DNA from: an uncultured Methanosarcinaceae archaeon
GTDB lineage: Archaea; Halobacteriota; Methanosarcinia; Methanosarcinales; Methanosarcinaceae
Reading direction: 5' to 3'
DNA length: 64,000 nucleotides
Assembly: GCA_963733675.1 (NCBI GenBank)
Contig: CAVTET010000005.1
Location: 256,001 to 320,000, forward strand
In this document: in pieces, positions 32,278 to 44,910 of the stretch
Layout of the letters: every line of letters begins with the position of its first letter
How positions within the stretch are numbered: position 1 is the first letter of the stretch
Translations under genes and position numbers: made by a program
Notes under the pieces: model-generated
The model's database searches: none
Told to the model about the DNA's origin: nothing
What the model saw: the letters and a program-made list of their open reading frames with translations, nothing else

Positions 32278-33792
32278 AGTGAAGTTTAAAGTTTTTGTAC
32301 TTCTAATGTAACTATTTGCACGTAGTTAAAGGCATTCCTTTGAGCAACGCTAAAATGCATTCTAAAACAGATAAAACTATTTTTCCCAAGTAGTAGGAAT
32401 ATGGGCTCTAATTATGTAGGCAGCTTCCGTTTTGTGTGTAGTTATGAAGGTACTCTGTATTTTTCTTGCGTATTTTTCAGCATTTTTATACCTTTTTCTG
32501 TTTAGTTATCTTCCACATGGGAGCCAAAAATATGTAGGAATCTCAGAATATTTTTTGACATATGGCCCTTCCAAAAAATTCCTTGCTTTTAATGCCGTTT
32601 TAATTTATCCTCACTGTAGTAATCTTAAATTTTTCATTTTTTGTATATATTTTTTACTCAATAATTCATGTAATAAGACATATAATTCCGATCTAGAAGC
32701 TCTTCAAATAAAAGTATTAATCAGATTATAAAAGCCTCGCAAAATTTTCGTAAGAAAAGTTCCAAATAATATAGACCCTAATCAGAGAAATATATCATAG
32801 TGCTGGAGTTAGGCTTCAGCCTTTCTGGATCGTATAAAACATCTTGACTATAAAATCGGAACTTTAGAGAGATAAATTTTTAATTAAGCTTATGAAAAAC
32901 ATAACAGCAAAATGGAAATTTCAATGTAGATTTCGGTGATTAGAGTAATTGATGCAGCTACAATATGCTGAAAAACACTCTCAAACATTTTCTTTAGAAA
33001 ATAAATTTGCTTAACTGCTTAGAATTTTTCTGATGCGTACCAATTTGCGGATAAATTTTACAACTAAGAATCACAACAGGCAAACTTAAAGGTATAAAGA
33101 TGGACTCGGAATCAGATTGATTAAGCAGCAGCAGGGAAAAAATGTCAAATAAAAAAAGTTTTTTACCCGAACGGAAAACTCAATTTGACATCTAAAGCCA
33201 ATTATTGCTCTTGTGATTAAACGAACACGTAGGTGATTTAACTATCTCAATTCTCAGTTTGATATACAACTTCTATCTGGACTAAAATCTCATTTATTTG
33301 TCAAATATTATTTACCAGCCTCCAAAAATTCTATCAAAATTATTTGGATTTGTAAGTTTCCAAACAAATCTTTGGAAAAGGAGAATTAGTATATATTTTT
33401 CTCACATTTTAGCATTTTTGCACTCTAATTTTTCGTGCACTTTTTGATATTTTTAGTTTATCCACATAATTTTTCATATTTAATGTTTAAAATTAGAACA
33501 AAAATTGAAAAATAAAGATTATGACAAAGAATTATCGTTCAAATTGAATTATATAAAATGAATCAAAAATTTGTTGACTATGATGTTACTTCTTTATTTC
33601 GATATATTATAAAAAATCGATTTTCAATTGCATCCTTGATTCATTGATCAAATTTGAAAAATTAGCATACCTTCTATTAATTAGGGAAATGTTGGGAAGA
33701 GATTAAGTTAACTATTTTCAGTAATTTATGTACAAAACCAGATTTTCCCGATGTGGAAGTAGTGAGATTTCATTAAACTTTTTTGACCCTAT

Positions 33793-33881
33793 GAGGATTT
33801 CTATAAACCTCTGATTTTTCACGACTCTTAAATAGAGTACTTATAAGCCCACTACACAAAATATGATTTATAGAAATCATC
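33793..33881. repeat. 89-bp TIR-bounded element, copy 5
   Basis: GAGGATTTCTATAAAC ... ATTTATAGAAATCATC. Confidence 0.55.
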
Positions 33882-34385
33882 TATACCGTTACTTTGATGA
33901 ATGGATTATTTTAATATAAACAACGATACACAAATTTTGAAAAACGCTTAGGAATCAGCTTTTAAAGACTAAAAGATGGAACATTTTTGTAAAGGACATC
34001 GAGAGATGAAGCTAAAAAAAGTATAACTGGGATTTGATTCATCAAACATTATTTGTGATAGTACTGCTGTAGGGTAGGCATCCATGATGCTTAAGTCGAA
34101 TACCGAATATTTCTAGTAAAAGTTTATGAAGTTTATCGGCCGCATAAGAACGAAAAATATTTAACAGTTTTTTGATCCTTGTTTACACTGGAAATGATTC
34201 AAAGAAAAACTTTGATATTCTTAATTTAATTCAATTTCTGCAGATGTATCCAAGAATACTATTTATTCTCTCAATATGATAGCAGCTTAAAAATTAATGT
34301 AACTTTTGATGAATAAGGATGGGTAAATGAAAAAACAAATTATAGTATGTGTGTATCTGTGAAATTAATTATTTAGCATAATACA

Positions 34386-34472
34386 GAGGATTTCGATAAA
34401 CTACAATATTCTATCATCTGCTTAACAGGGATATATAGATGATTCATCAACGCAGTGTTTATCAAAATCAGC
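34386..34472. repeat. 87-bp TIR-bounded element, copy 6
   Basis: GAGGATTTCGATAAAC ... GTTTATCAAAATCAGC. Confidence 0.55.
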
Positions 34473-34666
34473 TCTATTTTACTCCAGCTGTTCTAGATTG
34501 TAACGCATATGAATATTACTGGAAGATGAAATAAATATTAGCTTCGAGAAAATCATTTAAAAATGTTAAAATATTTTAAGAAGGAAAATGATGATTTGGC
34601 GGAAAAATTTAAAATATATATAAATATCTTGTTATTTAAATACTAACTTTAGTTGAACCTTTTCCT

Positions 34667-34987
34667 CTACCAGCCCTTTCTATATTTCTTTGGAAGCTTT
34701 TGTTCTTTATCTGTATCTTTTCTTATTCTTTCCGATCTTTTAGTTTTGTTTGCTTCAGCAGTTATGATTTTCGAAATAGTTGGACTTTCAGATCCTTGTT
34801 TTGATTTTTGATTCATTTTGCTTATAGATGTTGAAAAAGAAGAAGGACTCTTCTCTTCTTCGGTCTCTTTTTTTATAAACTTTTTCATGCCATAAATTAC
34901 TTTATTCAGTGGATTACTCCATTTAGTAGAGTTCTTCTCATCATTAGGATTATTAGCAACCATAGCTGTACCCTTTTTCACTCTCAT
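34667..34987 (-). CDS. Hypothetical Lys/Ser-rich protein (possibly a C-terminal gene fragment)
   Basis: 106-aa charged ORF overlapping a short upstream TM-bearing ORF (34953..35177). Confidence 0.4.
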   Translation of the reverse strand: MRVKKGTAMVANNPNDEKNSTKWSNPLNKVIYGMKKFIKKETEEEKSPSSFSTSISKMNQKSKQGSESPTISKIITAEANKTKRSERIRKDTDKEQKLPKKYRKGW

Positions 34988-35471
34988 TATATTTATCTGT
35001 AAGTTTAATGATTAGTAGAGTAAAAATGATAACTTTAGTTAAAAAAGTTTCTAAACTCAATTCCAATTTAAGAGATTTTCTAATATATCTGGAATCGCAA
35101 AAATTTATCTTTTTCTGCATTCTGTGATTGTAGAGAATTCCAAAAAAAATTATGCATTTTAACTCCTCAATTCTCATATAAATTCTCTGAATTCTCTACA
35201 CTATGATATATGTTGCATCTTTAATGGTGACAAAATAAGTTCTAGTGAACTCATAATTAATTACATTTTTAAAAATCAATGAGATCTTCAAAGTAGTTAT
35301 CCTGTTGGAATCACTCAAATTTCTATAAAAACTAAAAAAGCTGAAAAAATGATTCCTTATTTCCTTTTTCCCATGTTTTTGTGCTTTCTAGAGTTAAATG
35401 ATCTCAAAGAAAGTCTGACTTAAGTCTCTTGAATCTTATTTAAATTAATGTTTTTTAAAGTCATCTCACCA

Positions 35472-36660
35472 CTACTTCACCAATACTCTACGGTAAACAT
35501 CTAATTCAGTTTTTATTCTTTCATCCCAGTTTCTCGTAGTTACTATAGTTTTTCTTGCATTCATTCCTATTTTCTTCCTCAGTTCCTCATTATTATACAA
35601 AATTAGAATATTGTCTGCAAAACTATCAATGGCACCAGATTTGGCTAAAAGTCCATTTTCCATATGTTTTATGAGATTTCGTGTTGTCCCACTATCAAAT
35701 GCTATTACTGGCTTTTCACAAGCCATCGCTTCTTGTACGGAACGATTCATATTACTATAAAGACTTGTAGCGATAACAACATCAGAAATTGAAAGATATT
35801 CTATAATTTCACTTAGTGAGAGTCCACCAAGAAACCTTACTTTATTATCCACTTTAAGCTCTTTTGACAAATTTATTGGTGAGTCTTTTAGGGGTCCATG
35901 GCCAGCAATCAGCAGATATGATTTTTTTGAAGCAGATGAATCAAGAAATAATTTAAATGATTTGATGGCCAAATCAATGCTTTTAACAGATTCCAGAGAG
36001 CTTGTCGATAGAATAATAAAACTCGAGTGTTCAACTGATAATTTATCGATTAGTGATTTATTTTTGTCTATGGGTCTGTAAAGTTCCGTGTCAATTCCAT
36101 GATAAATGGGGATAACTTTATTACCCCACGATTTTTTTAAATTTGTTGATACTAGACGATCAGTCGTCTAGTACAATAGATGCATTTGGCTTGCACAATT
36201 TTGCTAATACTGTTTCATATATATCGGCGGTTTTCGAATATGCAGCACCTGATCCATGAAGCATGCCTACTACAGGAACTCCTAATATTTTCCCAATAAT
36301 TGTGCAGTAAACAACATTAGAAATACCATGAGCATGGATAATATCTGGCCGCTCCAATTTTTTTAGTGTTGAATATACACTAATCGAATATAGTAAATCA
36401 ATCAACGGCAAGATTGGTATTATTTTTATAAATTTCAACGACAAAACTCTTGTCCTTATAATTTTTATCCCAAAATTCTCATCAAACTCTCTACAACTAT
36501 CACCTAAATTTGGTGCAATTATAATTTGATCTTTCAAATAGGAATTTATTTTTGTGGATAGTTCTTGAATATGTGTTGCTGAACCTCCTATGAAAGGATA
36601 AAATTGATATACTACTCTGGCGACACAAATTTCTGGTGCTAATTGCTCTGTTGAATTCAT
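35472..36660 (-). pseudogene. Glycosyltransferase family 4, with a nonsense codon and a frameshift
   Basis: N-half (PDIIHAHG) stops at TGA 36160; +1 shift in the A7 run near 36135; then YHGIDT...LIAGHG..VQEAMACEKPVI. Confidence 0.88.
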
Positions 36661-37166
36661 AATTTCTCCTTTTAACGCCCTTCAAAAATTTAGTTTGGTC
36701 TAGGAGTTGCTGAACATAGCAAACAAAATATTTTGTTATGAATTTCACATAAAATGAGAGTGTTCCCGTTTTTCGAATTTTGTCGATCAATTACTAAAAA
36801 TGGCTTTACATGGTTCAATTTGTTTCAAACATTTAAATGATACTGATAACGTTAAACATCAATTTAATTAAAAATAATATACAGTATATCTTTTATAAAC
36901 TTTCCTATTTTATTAATTCAGTTTGTTAACATTTTTGTGCTTTCCTAATATAGAACTTGCACAATTGAACTAAAATTATTTGATCTGAATCTTATAAATT
37001 ATAATATAGGGAAGCCTGTCCACACCTACCAATATTATAATAAAAAATATACTGTTCTCAAGTATTTAGGTTCTAAGAACACGAAAGACTGAAAAAATTG
37101 ACCTCAGTACTTAGTCTTTTCTCAAATACTCATTATACCTTACTTTAAAAATTATTTTTTTAAACC

Positions 37167-37667
37167 TTACCTGCTTAAAAGTCTATTTTTTGAGTAAGTA
37201 CTTAATCTCTTGATAGTTTCCTTGATGGATATTCCTATGTACTGTTGTGGAGCTAGTCCAGCCAATGCTTTTGCCCGATCAGATTCATCCTTAATCTGAA
37301 TTGTTGCATCCATTGCCTCTTTCATCATTGATTCAGGCAGGTGTGGAGCTAGTCCAGTCAATGCTTTTGTCTTATAGTATTCATCCTTAATTTGAGTTGC
37401 TGCATCCATTGCTCCTTTCCTTATGGATGCAGGTAGGTGCGGAGCTAGAAAAGCAAATGCTTCTACCCTAGGGTCTTCATACTTAATTCGAGTTGCTGCG
37501 TCCAGAGCCTCTTTTAGTGCCTCTTTAATCATGGATTCAGGCAGGTTCGGAAACTGATTTTCAAATTTTTCTGATATTAGTATGCAATATAGCTCATCAC
37601 CAGTTTTTTGTAAGTATTTTTCAAGTTCATCTTTATCCACACCTATGTCTTTATTATCAAAAAACAT
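37167..37667 (-). CDS. Alpha-helical repeat protein (probable fragment)
   Basis: Three ~33-aa repeats 'LPESMMKEAMDAATQIKDExxRAKALxGLAPH'. Confidence 0.6.
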   Translation of the reverse strand: MFFDNKDIGVDKDELEKYLQKTGDELYCILISEKFENQFPNLPESMIKEALKEALDAATRIKYEDPRVEAFAFLAPHLPASIRKGAMDAATQIKDEYYKTKALTGLAPHLPESMMKEAMDATIQIKDESDRAKALAGLAPQQYIGISIKETIKRLSTYSKNRLLSR

Positions 37668-38139
37668 TCATATAATTAGTAAAATTTTAAATAAGTAATA
37701 AAAGGCTCTGTACATACTTACACTATTTTAAACTCAATTCTTAAATTAAGTTAAATATATTTTGGGCTTTTCCATAACTATCAGCTGAGTGTCACGCAAG
37801 AAAAGCTCTAGCTAAAGCAATTTATTGAAATTCCACGATTACTTAACTTTATACCATTGCCAAATTATTTCTCGAGAATTGTTTTATAGTCATATCTAGG
37901 CGATCGATAATTGAATCTGCTCCTGAAAATTTTACGGCATGTTATATATTTCTCATATCAATGAACATATCAATATTTTAGATTCAAATATTCTCTTTTG
38001 GGGAAAAGTAAGGCGTTGCGGTTATTTTGCAAAGTTAGGCTACAATTACCTCAGAGGATAAAATTAATCTGAAGGCAGCTCTATTAAGGAAAAATGAAAT
38101 TCCGATTAAAAGTTAAACTATTGAACTCTTTACTTTCTC

Positions 38140-38500
38140 TAACTTGAACGAACTTTGCTAAAATTTTTTTTCTAATTTCATCTTCGTCTTTGACAATTAT
38201 CACCACATTTTCTTTTTAGTTTCTGAAATTGTATTAATTTTCCTATACCTACGCCTTCCGTAATCATTAGGGAACCGTCTCTCCAAAATCCACATGCAAA
38301 TCTGGCAGTTTCTTTTATCAGCTGCATTATTCAACCGCTGTAAACATTTTAAAGCTCCTTCTGCATTGTATTTTTTGATATGCTTATAGAACTCAAAATA
38401 TTCTCAAGATGATGAATTTTTCCCTTTATTCATCCAGTCATTGAAAGTCTGATACGTTATTCTGCTGATGCTGCTGCTAAAGCATAAACAAGTCCAATAA
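38140..38500 (-). pseudogene. HTH / small-terminase-like protein relic (paralog of 53370-53592)
   Basis: IGLVYALAAA..ITYQTFNDWMNKGKNSSS*EYFEFYKHIKKYNAEGALKCLQRLNNAADKRNCQICMWILERRFPNDYGRR. Confidence 0.65.
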
Positions 38501-38538
38501 AGAAACATCTAATGATAGCTATTTTCATACTAAATTTC

Positions 38539-39954
38539 TTAACAAATTTTGGCCGAATCCTTTATAGGTGTACCTTTTCCTTCTGCCCCAAGTTTTGTTC
38601 CTCTTTCAAAGAACTTACACGTTTTTTCGATATCATCGACAAGAATTGTTGCCATATCAGAAGTGAAATTCGCTCTTATTACGATGCGCATTATTTCGAC
38701 ATCTTCAGCATTTTTGGGTAGATAGTAAGCGGGAACTGTCCAGCCTCTTTCTCTCAGTTTATGTGAAAGTTGCAGCAAAGAATATTCAGTCACCTTTTTT
38801 TGCTTGAAAGCAATTATTGGAAGATGTTCTCCTTTATTCAGTATTTCGAATCTGCCTAATCTTTCAAGCCTTTTAGCAAGATCCTGTGAAACTTCCAAAA
38901 TATTTTCCATTATCTCGGTATAACCAGCCCTGCCAAACCTTAAAAAATTGTAATATTGAGCCACAACCATTGCACTACCTCCTGAGAAATTAAGTGTGTA
39001 AGTCTTTTCCTGTTCCCCAAGGTAGTTTACAGTGAAAATAAGATCTTTTGGGAGGTCTTTTTCATCTTGGAAGATCAACCAACCAAGACCTGGATAAGTT
39101 AATCCGTACTTGTGCCCAGAAATATTTACTGATCTTACCCTATCCAGTCTGAAATCCCATTCAAAATCGGGCTGTGTAAAGGGCAATATGAAACCGCCAC
39201 TTGCAGCATCTACATGAATGGGGATATTCCAATCTTTTTCTTTCTTGTATTTCACGAGCAAATCATTAATTTCTTTTATGGGATCTATTTCGCCTGTATA
39301 AGTCGTTCCCAATACACAACCAACACAAATTGTGTTCTCGTCAATATGCTTTGAGACAGCTTCGGCTGTTATTATACGCGTCTTCTTGGATATTGGAATT
39401 TTTATGACATCGACGTCGAAGTATCTGGCAAATTTGTCCCAACTAACGTGAGCATCTGCTCCGAAAATTATGTTCGGTTTACCTGTACCACGCCCAGAAA
39501 TTTTCCAGCTCCATTTGTGAGCCAGTAAACCCAGCATTATGGCCTCTGAAGAGCCTGCTGTTGCCGTACCCATGAATTCGGTATTATGTCCGTTAAAAAG
39601 ACGCCCAAGCGTGTTCACAATATTTTGATGAATAACTTTCGAAATTTGTGGGTATTCAAAGACATCTATGATATTTTTGTTGATGTTTTCCATGATAAGC
39701 TTATCTGCTTCAGGTTCCATCCATGTATTGACAAAACTAGCTAGATTAAGTAAAGGATTTCCGTCAAGGCTAAGCTGATTATGTACCAGCTGATAAGCAG
39801 CTCTTGGACTCATCCCCTCTTCAGGGAATTCGTACTTGGGAATTTCTGTTTTAGTTCCCTTTGGGAGATTTCTTGTATTAAAGGCTCCAATTTGACAATT
39901 TATAGACTTTGTTGACTGTTGCAGATTCACTTTCTTTGAAATCATAATTTTCAC
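38539..39954 (-). CDS. gadB: Glutamate decarboxylase (PLP-dependent, group II)
   Basis: LDGNPLLNLASFVNTWME, TAGSSEAIMLG, IHVDAASGGF, SGHKYGL. Confidence 0.93.
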   Translation of the reverse strand: MKIMISKKVNLQQSTKSINCQIGAFNTRNLPKGTKTEIPKYEFPEEGMSPRAAYQLVHNQLSLDGNPLLNLASFVNTWMEPEADKLIMENINKNIIDVFEYPQISKVIHQNIVNTLGRLFNGHNTEFMGTATAGSSEAIMLGLLAHKWSWKISGRGTGKPNIIFGADAHVSWDKFARYFDVDVIKIPISKKTRIITAEAVSKHIDENTICVGCVLGTTYTGEIDPIKEINDLLVKYKKEKDWNIPIHVDAASGGFILPFTQPDFEWDFRLDRVRSVNISGHKYGLTYPGLGWLIFQDEKDLPKDLIFTVNYLGEQEKTYTLNFSGGSAMVVAQYYNFLRFGRAGYTEIMENILEVSQDLAKRLERLGRFEILNKGEHLPIIAFKQKKVTEYSLLQLSHKLRERGWTVPAYYLPKNAEDVEIMRIVIRANFTSDMATILVDDIEKTCKFFERGTKLGAEGKGTPIKDSAKIC

Positions 39955-40771
39955 CCCTAGATATAAATTACAAATCTTCTGCTTCTCATTGTATCACTCA
40001 AGAACAAAGGAAAAATAAGTAGCATTTGAGCATCGGGTTAAGCTTTTCATAATTTATTTTTCCCATTAATTATCTTGTATATTCTTTTTTAGTAATTTTG
40101 GGGGGAAAGACTATATAGAAAATCTATCTGAATCACCTTAAAGAAGAGGAACATGTGTATAAGATTATAAGTTCAAATTAATGAAAATTCGTTATTTCAT
40201 ATAATTCATACACAGCCTATTTTTATAAAAACTTTGTGGATTTATCTAACATATAGGACTTCTACAAAATACATTCTAACAATAAAGTTAAAATCTGTTC
40301 TTATAAGAAGTTACTAATAAAACCATCTTTGGTTGTATCTATCAACTGTTGATAAGATTTGAAAAAATATATATCCCTCATATTGATAAAAACATTTAGA
40401 AATTTGTGGGTATATATTTTTCATTAACTCGCCTCCATAACCAAAAGTTGTTTTACTGCTAAATTCGATCATATGCCTATGATTATACATGACTCGTAAA
40501 AATTAGAGATTTCTCGAAATCCAGTATAAATAAGTTTGGAATTATTAAAGCCTTTAAAAGTGTAATTGATTCGTGAATTCACTTTTTATACAAAAGTTAT
40601 TACTTTCCCAAATGAAGAAAGTAGTTTAATTAATTGGAATGAAATTCCATTTTCTTTCAAAACTGGAAAAAACAAGAAAAGTGATAAGATTCTTTTTTGA
40701 AATCGATTATATAAGTTGTCAAATTGTTTTAAAATTACCTCGTTTTTGTTACAAGAGATCGAATTATAAAA

Positions 40772-41926
40772 TCATTTTCTATATGCAAACAGAATTTTTG
40801 TAACGATCTCATTCCAATCATATTTTTTGGCTTTACAAAAGGCTCTCTCAACAGCCTCTTTATAATTAATATCCTCTTGAATTATTTTTTTTATACCGTC
40901 TTTAACTTCATCTGCATCCAGTTTTACAACAAATCCATCCAGCTCATCATCAACCAATTCCTGTGCTGCGTTGTATCTTTCCGTTACCGTCACCACAGGC
41001 ACTCCGCAGGCAAAAGCATCTATTACAACCATTCCGAAACCTTCTCTGCTGGAAGGTAGAACAAGAACCTTGGAAGCCTTGATTTTTTCGATGAGCACAC
41101 GATACTCTTGAAAGCCTACAAACTCGAAGTTTCCACTAACTCTAAGCTCTTTTACAAGCTCCATAAGCTCTGCTTTTTCGGTCCCTTCACCAACAATGCA
41201 GCATCTGATATTCGGAAAATCCACTTTAAGGAGGACCACAGCTTTAACCAGGACATCAACATTTTTTTCCTTAATGATCCTACCTACAAAAATCACGTCG
41301 TAGATTTTTGCATCTAGCCCTGCATAAGTTATGCCGCCTTCAGATTCGATCTCATTAATTATTTCAAGATCTATCCCATTAGGGATAACAGTAATCTTTT
41401 CTTCAGGAACCCCAAGTGTTTCAAGCCTCTTCTTCGTCCAGTCCGAAACTGCTATGTTTTTATCCGAAATTTTTGAAACATATTTCTCGATGACTTTTCC
41501 GAAAAAACCAGCCTTTCCCAAATATTCATACCAGTAGTCACCCCAAACTTCATGCCATGTGAACACCGAAGGAGTTTTTTTCAGAACTGAGATCACTTTT
41601 GTGGTGAAACATGGAAAATATGGAAATACACTCACATCTATAAGGTCCATTTTTTCCTGCTGGAGATGAGAAAACAATTTCACTGAGAAAATAAGTGCTT
41701 CGGAGATTGATCTTCTTCCGTTTACATACAGTTCCATAGCTTTGCAAACACCATGTAAGGTCATACCTTCATACTCAATAGTATCTTTTCCTTCCCACCA
41801 CTTGATCCCAAAAATATGCACTTCATGCCCCTTGGCCGAGAGCCGCTTCCCTAATTCATGGATACGTCTTTCTGCACCGCCTTTGATCCATGGATATACA
41901 GCGTCGTATACAAAAGCTATTTTCAT
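40772..41926 (-). CDS. Glycosyltransferase family 4
   Basis: YPWIKGGAERR, IPNGID, LPSSREGFGMVVIDAFACG. Confidence 0.92.
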   Translation of the reverse strand: MKIAFVYDAVYPWIKGGAERRIHELGKRLSAKGHEVHIFGIKWWEGKDTIEYEGMTLHGVCKAMELYVNGRRSISEALIFSVKLFSHLQQEKMDLIDVSVFPYFPCFTTKVISVLKKTPSVFTWHEVWGDYWYEYLGKAGFFGKVIEKYVSKISDKNIAVSDWTKKRLETLGVPEEKITVIPNGIDLEIINEIESEGGITYAGLDAKIYDVIFVGRIIKEKNVDVLVKAVVLLKVDFPNIRCCIVGEGTEKAELMELVKELRVSGNFEFVGFQEYRVLIEKIKASKVLVLPSSREGFGMVVIDAFACGVPVVTVTERYNAAQELVDDELDGFVVKLDADEVKDGIKKIIQEDINYKEAVERAFCKAKKYDWNEIVTKILFAYRK

Positions 41927-41937
41927 TGTATCACTTA

Positions 41938-43110
41938 TTAGTCTGCATCCACTTCCAGTAGCATTACGCTAATAAAAATTGCAGAAAAGATTAGTTGAAG
42001 CCCAATTGCAGCAAGAACCATTGAAATAACGGCCGATTCCACCTCTTTAAGAGAACCAAATCCAGAAATGATCCAAGTATAGGCGACTTTCAGCCCAAGA
42101 ATAATGCCAATCCCCAAGATAATGGAACCTACAAATAGTTCTTTTTCGAGGGAATGGTAGTTCAGGAACTTTTTACTTTTTTTGTCAACTTGGTACATGC
42201 CGTGGATCAGGCCATAAGTTTTCATATACCCACCAGTAGCAAGAGTTTGTCCGCCAATTATTAAAAGCATACTACCTAAAATAAATGAGTGGGATCTGTT
42301 ATATGCAGCGCTTTCCGTGAAAAGAAGGGACGAAGTTATTAAAAAACCCAGGATAAACACAAAAGCACCTGGTAAATATAGGAAAGGAACTGGCCTGTAG
42401 AGCATCATGAAGCGGACATGTCTCCAGCCATCCTTGAAGGAGTTCAGCTTGGAAGGAGCCCTGCGTGAGTAATAGGTTATAGGGACTTCTTTGATCTTCA
42501 GTCCACATTTAGCGGCTTCTATTACCATTTCGGAAGCTAACTCCATTCCATGAGTTTTAAGATTCATTTTTTCAAGTGCTTCTTTTGTAAAAGCTCTCAT
42601 TCCACAATGAGCATCCGATATTTTTGTCTTGAATAGAAAATTAAGCATTTCAGTCAATAAAGGATTGCCTATGTATTGATGCAGCCAAGGCATAGCTTCT
42701 TTTTTTATTTCGCCTTTGATTCTGGTCCCTATTACAAAGTCTGCATCTCCAGCCATGAGAGGGTCCAAAAATTTATCAAGCTCGAGCAAATCGTATGTAT
42801 TGTCTGCATCGGAAATAGCAATATAGTTCCCCTTTGCCAGAGCAAATCCTTTGAGGTAAGCGTTCCCATATCCCTTTATTGGGCCGATTACCTTTGCACC
42901 CATAGCCACTGCGATATCAGCTGTTCTGTCTGATGAGTTATCAGCGACTATTATCTCTCCATCTATGTTATATTTTTTTAATATGTATTGAGCTTTCTCT
43001 ATACAAATTCGGATGGTTTCTTCTTCATTCATTGAAGGCATTACGAAAGATAGAGAGGGCATGTTCAGTTTATACAGCATACTTCCTAATAAATATTTTG
43101 ACCCATACAA
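41938..43110 (-). CDS. Glycosyltransferase family 2 (DPM1-like, C-terminal TM helices)
   Basis: VMPSMNEE, IIVADNSSD, GYGNAY, SDADNTYD, DAHCGMRAF. Confidence 0.92.
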   Translation of the reverse strand: MYGSKYLLGSMLYKLNMPSLSFVMPSMNEEETIRICIEKAQYILKKYNIDGEIIVADNSSDRTADIAVAMGAKVIGPIKGYGNAYLKGFALAKGNYIAISDADNTYDLLELDKFLDPLMAGDADFVIGTRIKGEIKKEAMPWLHQYIGNPLLTEMLNFLFKTKISDAHCGMRAFTKEALEKMNLKTHGMELASEMVIEAAKCGLKIKEVPITYYSRRAPSKLNSFKDGWRHVRFMMLYRPVPFLYLPGAFVFILGFLITSSLLFTESAAYNRSHSFILGSMLLIIGGQTLATGGYMKTYGLIHGMYQVDKKSKKFLNYHSLEKELFVGSIILGIGIILGLKVAYTWIISGFGSLKEVESAVISMVLAAIGLQLIFSAIFISVMLLEVDAD

Positions 43111-43878
43111 ATATTTTCAAATCTCTCCATTTCAGGAATCATTTCTAAAATAAGAATAAAATAAAAAAATAGTAACTGAAAATAAAGGATTATTGATTCG
43201 GAAAACGAAAAGTGACTACGCTATTTGTATGGACACTTCATTTTACTCAATATACGTTCTGAACTATTTTGTATCGTTGGTATATACAACTTTATTAGAT
43301 AAAGCAAATTAGGGCCATCAGAAGTTCTTAAGTTTTCATTTCATGCTACAACATCTTCTACAAAATATCCTGAATTCGCAATTAAATATCTAAAGTCAAA
43401 AACACCAAAAATAAGCATTCATTTGATGCTATTTTAATGATATAATACAATTTTATATTGAAAACATTATTTCTTAATTCACCCTTGTTTTGACGGTTGA
43501 ATAAAGCGAATTACCTTTTTATGTTTATTTGTTCCAATGAAAACAAACAAAGACACGTATTTTTATTTTACAGGCAAAGTTGGGCTATAACATGAAGAAA
43601 TGATGATTCGGAACTCGTTAAAACAAAGATTAAATTTTGAGACACTAGTTCCAAAGAATTATTGACCGTCTCCACAAGTTATTGATCAAATCTGAAGAAT
43701 GGATGTCTTTCTCATTTTTTGAAAAAAATATCGAGAGATTTTTATGTTATGATTTTATAATAAATAACGTCGACATTCGAATTATTTATTAGACTTTGTA
43801 TAAAAAATAGGCATAATATGGGCTTTATCGAAATCTCTATAATTTTTTGATATGGCTTTTGGGCCATATGTTATTTTT

Positions 43879-44481
43879 TTAATGATATTTTTCTTCAAGA
43901 ATTTCGCCACGTGGTTCTTTTTCCTTGAAGATCTGCCCTTCAAAACAGTGAACTTCAGCTCCTGTGAGCCAGGCATCAGGAGAAAGGCCGGCTTTCAGGC
44001 ATGTATGGCCCAAAAACTCAATCGAATCCATATTGTTTTCAGGGGCAACTTGAGGAAGCAGCAATCCCTGGCAGTAATCTTGCTTTACAATGAGACCATG
44101 TCTACCAATCTTTATAAGGTTTGGAAATTCTTTTGGAGGAGCATTGATTCTTTCAGGAGGGGTGAGAATTGTTACCTCAACAATCATATCACTCAGCTCT
44201 TTTTCTTCAACAGGTGGAAAGCGCGGATCGCGAATAGCCGCTGAGATCGCAGAATCCAGAATTGCTTCCTTTAGTGTGGAGTCCGGAAAAGGATGCCCTA
44301 TACAACCCCTAAGAAGCCCTTTTTCAGTAAGTGTAACGAAAACTCCCCTCATTTCCCCAAAAACCGTCGAAAACTCAAAATCCAAATCATGAGGATCTGG
44401 GAGTTTCCTCTTAGACAGGAATGATTCAATTGCCTTTCTTGCAAGTTTGACTGCAGTCTTTCCTTCAGTTTCTGTAAGCAT
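43879..44481 (-). CDS. AMMECR1-domain protein (AmmeMemoRadiSam protein A-like)
   Basis: [35 protein letters not shown]. Confidence 0.93.
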   Translation of the reverse strand: MLTETEGKTAVKLARKAIESFLSKRKLPDPHDLDFEFSTVFGEMRGVFVTLTEKGLLRGCIGHPFPDSTLKEAILDSAISAAIRDPRFPPVEEKELSDMIVEVTILTPPERINAPPKEFPNLIKIGRHGLIVKQDYCQGLLLPQVAPENNMDSIEFLGHTCLKAGLSPDAWLTGAEVHCFEGQIFKEKEPRGEILEEKYH

Positions 44482-44910
44482 GCGTGAACCAACACCTATT
44501 TTTAAATAGTCTATCTTATAAATATCACTGCCATTAGCCTGTAGATCTTATTTATCATTATAATTTATACGGTTAATAACAATATGTATACTGAAACTGG
44601 TATAACAATATGTTTATCTGAACTGTTATTTCTAGAATTTTATTTATGAGTAGATAGAACTTCTTTCAGCAGCTATGCACAAAAATGCCATCAATTTTCT
44701 CAATATTGCCAGATCTTAAAAATTAACCTAAATTTCAGTATGGTAGTGGTAAAATAGACAAACAAACAATATATATACTTCCATGGAACGTCAGTGCGGC
44801 GGGTAAAGACTATTTAAGAAGCAAAATTAAAGAAAGAAACAGAAATAACTGCTAAATAGAAGATATTGCCACAAAATTAATAGGTCCGGAAATTCAAGGA
44901 AATAAAATCT

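Noticed and set aside
32432-32731. 99-aa hydrophobic ORF
   Set aside because: TTG start, no RBS, and composition explained by T-rich intergenic DNA.
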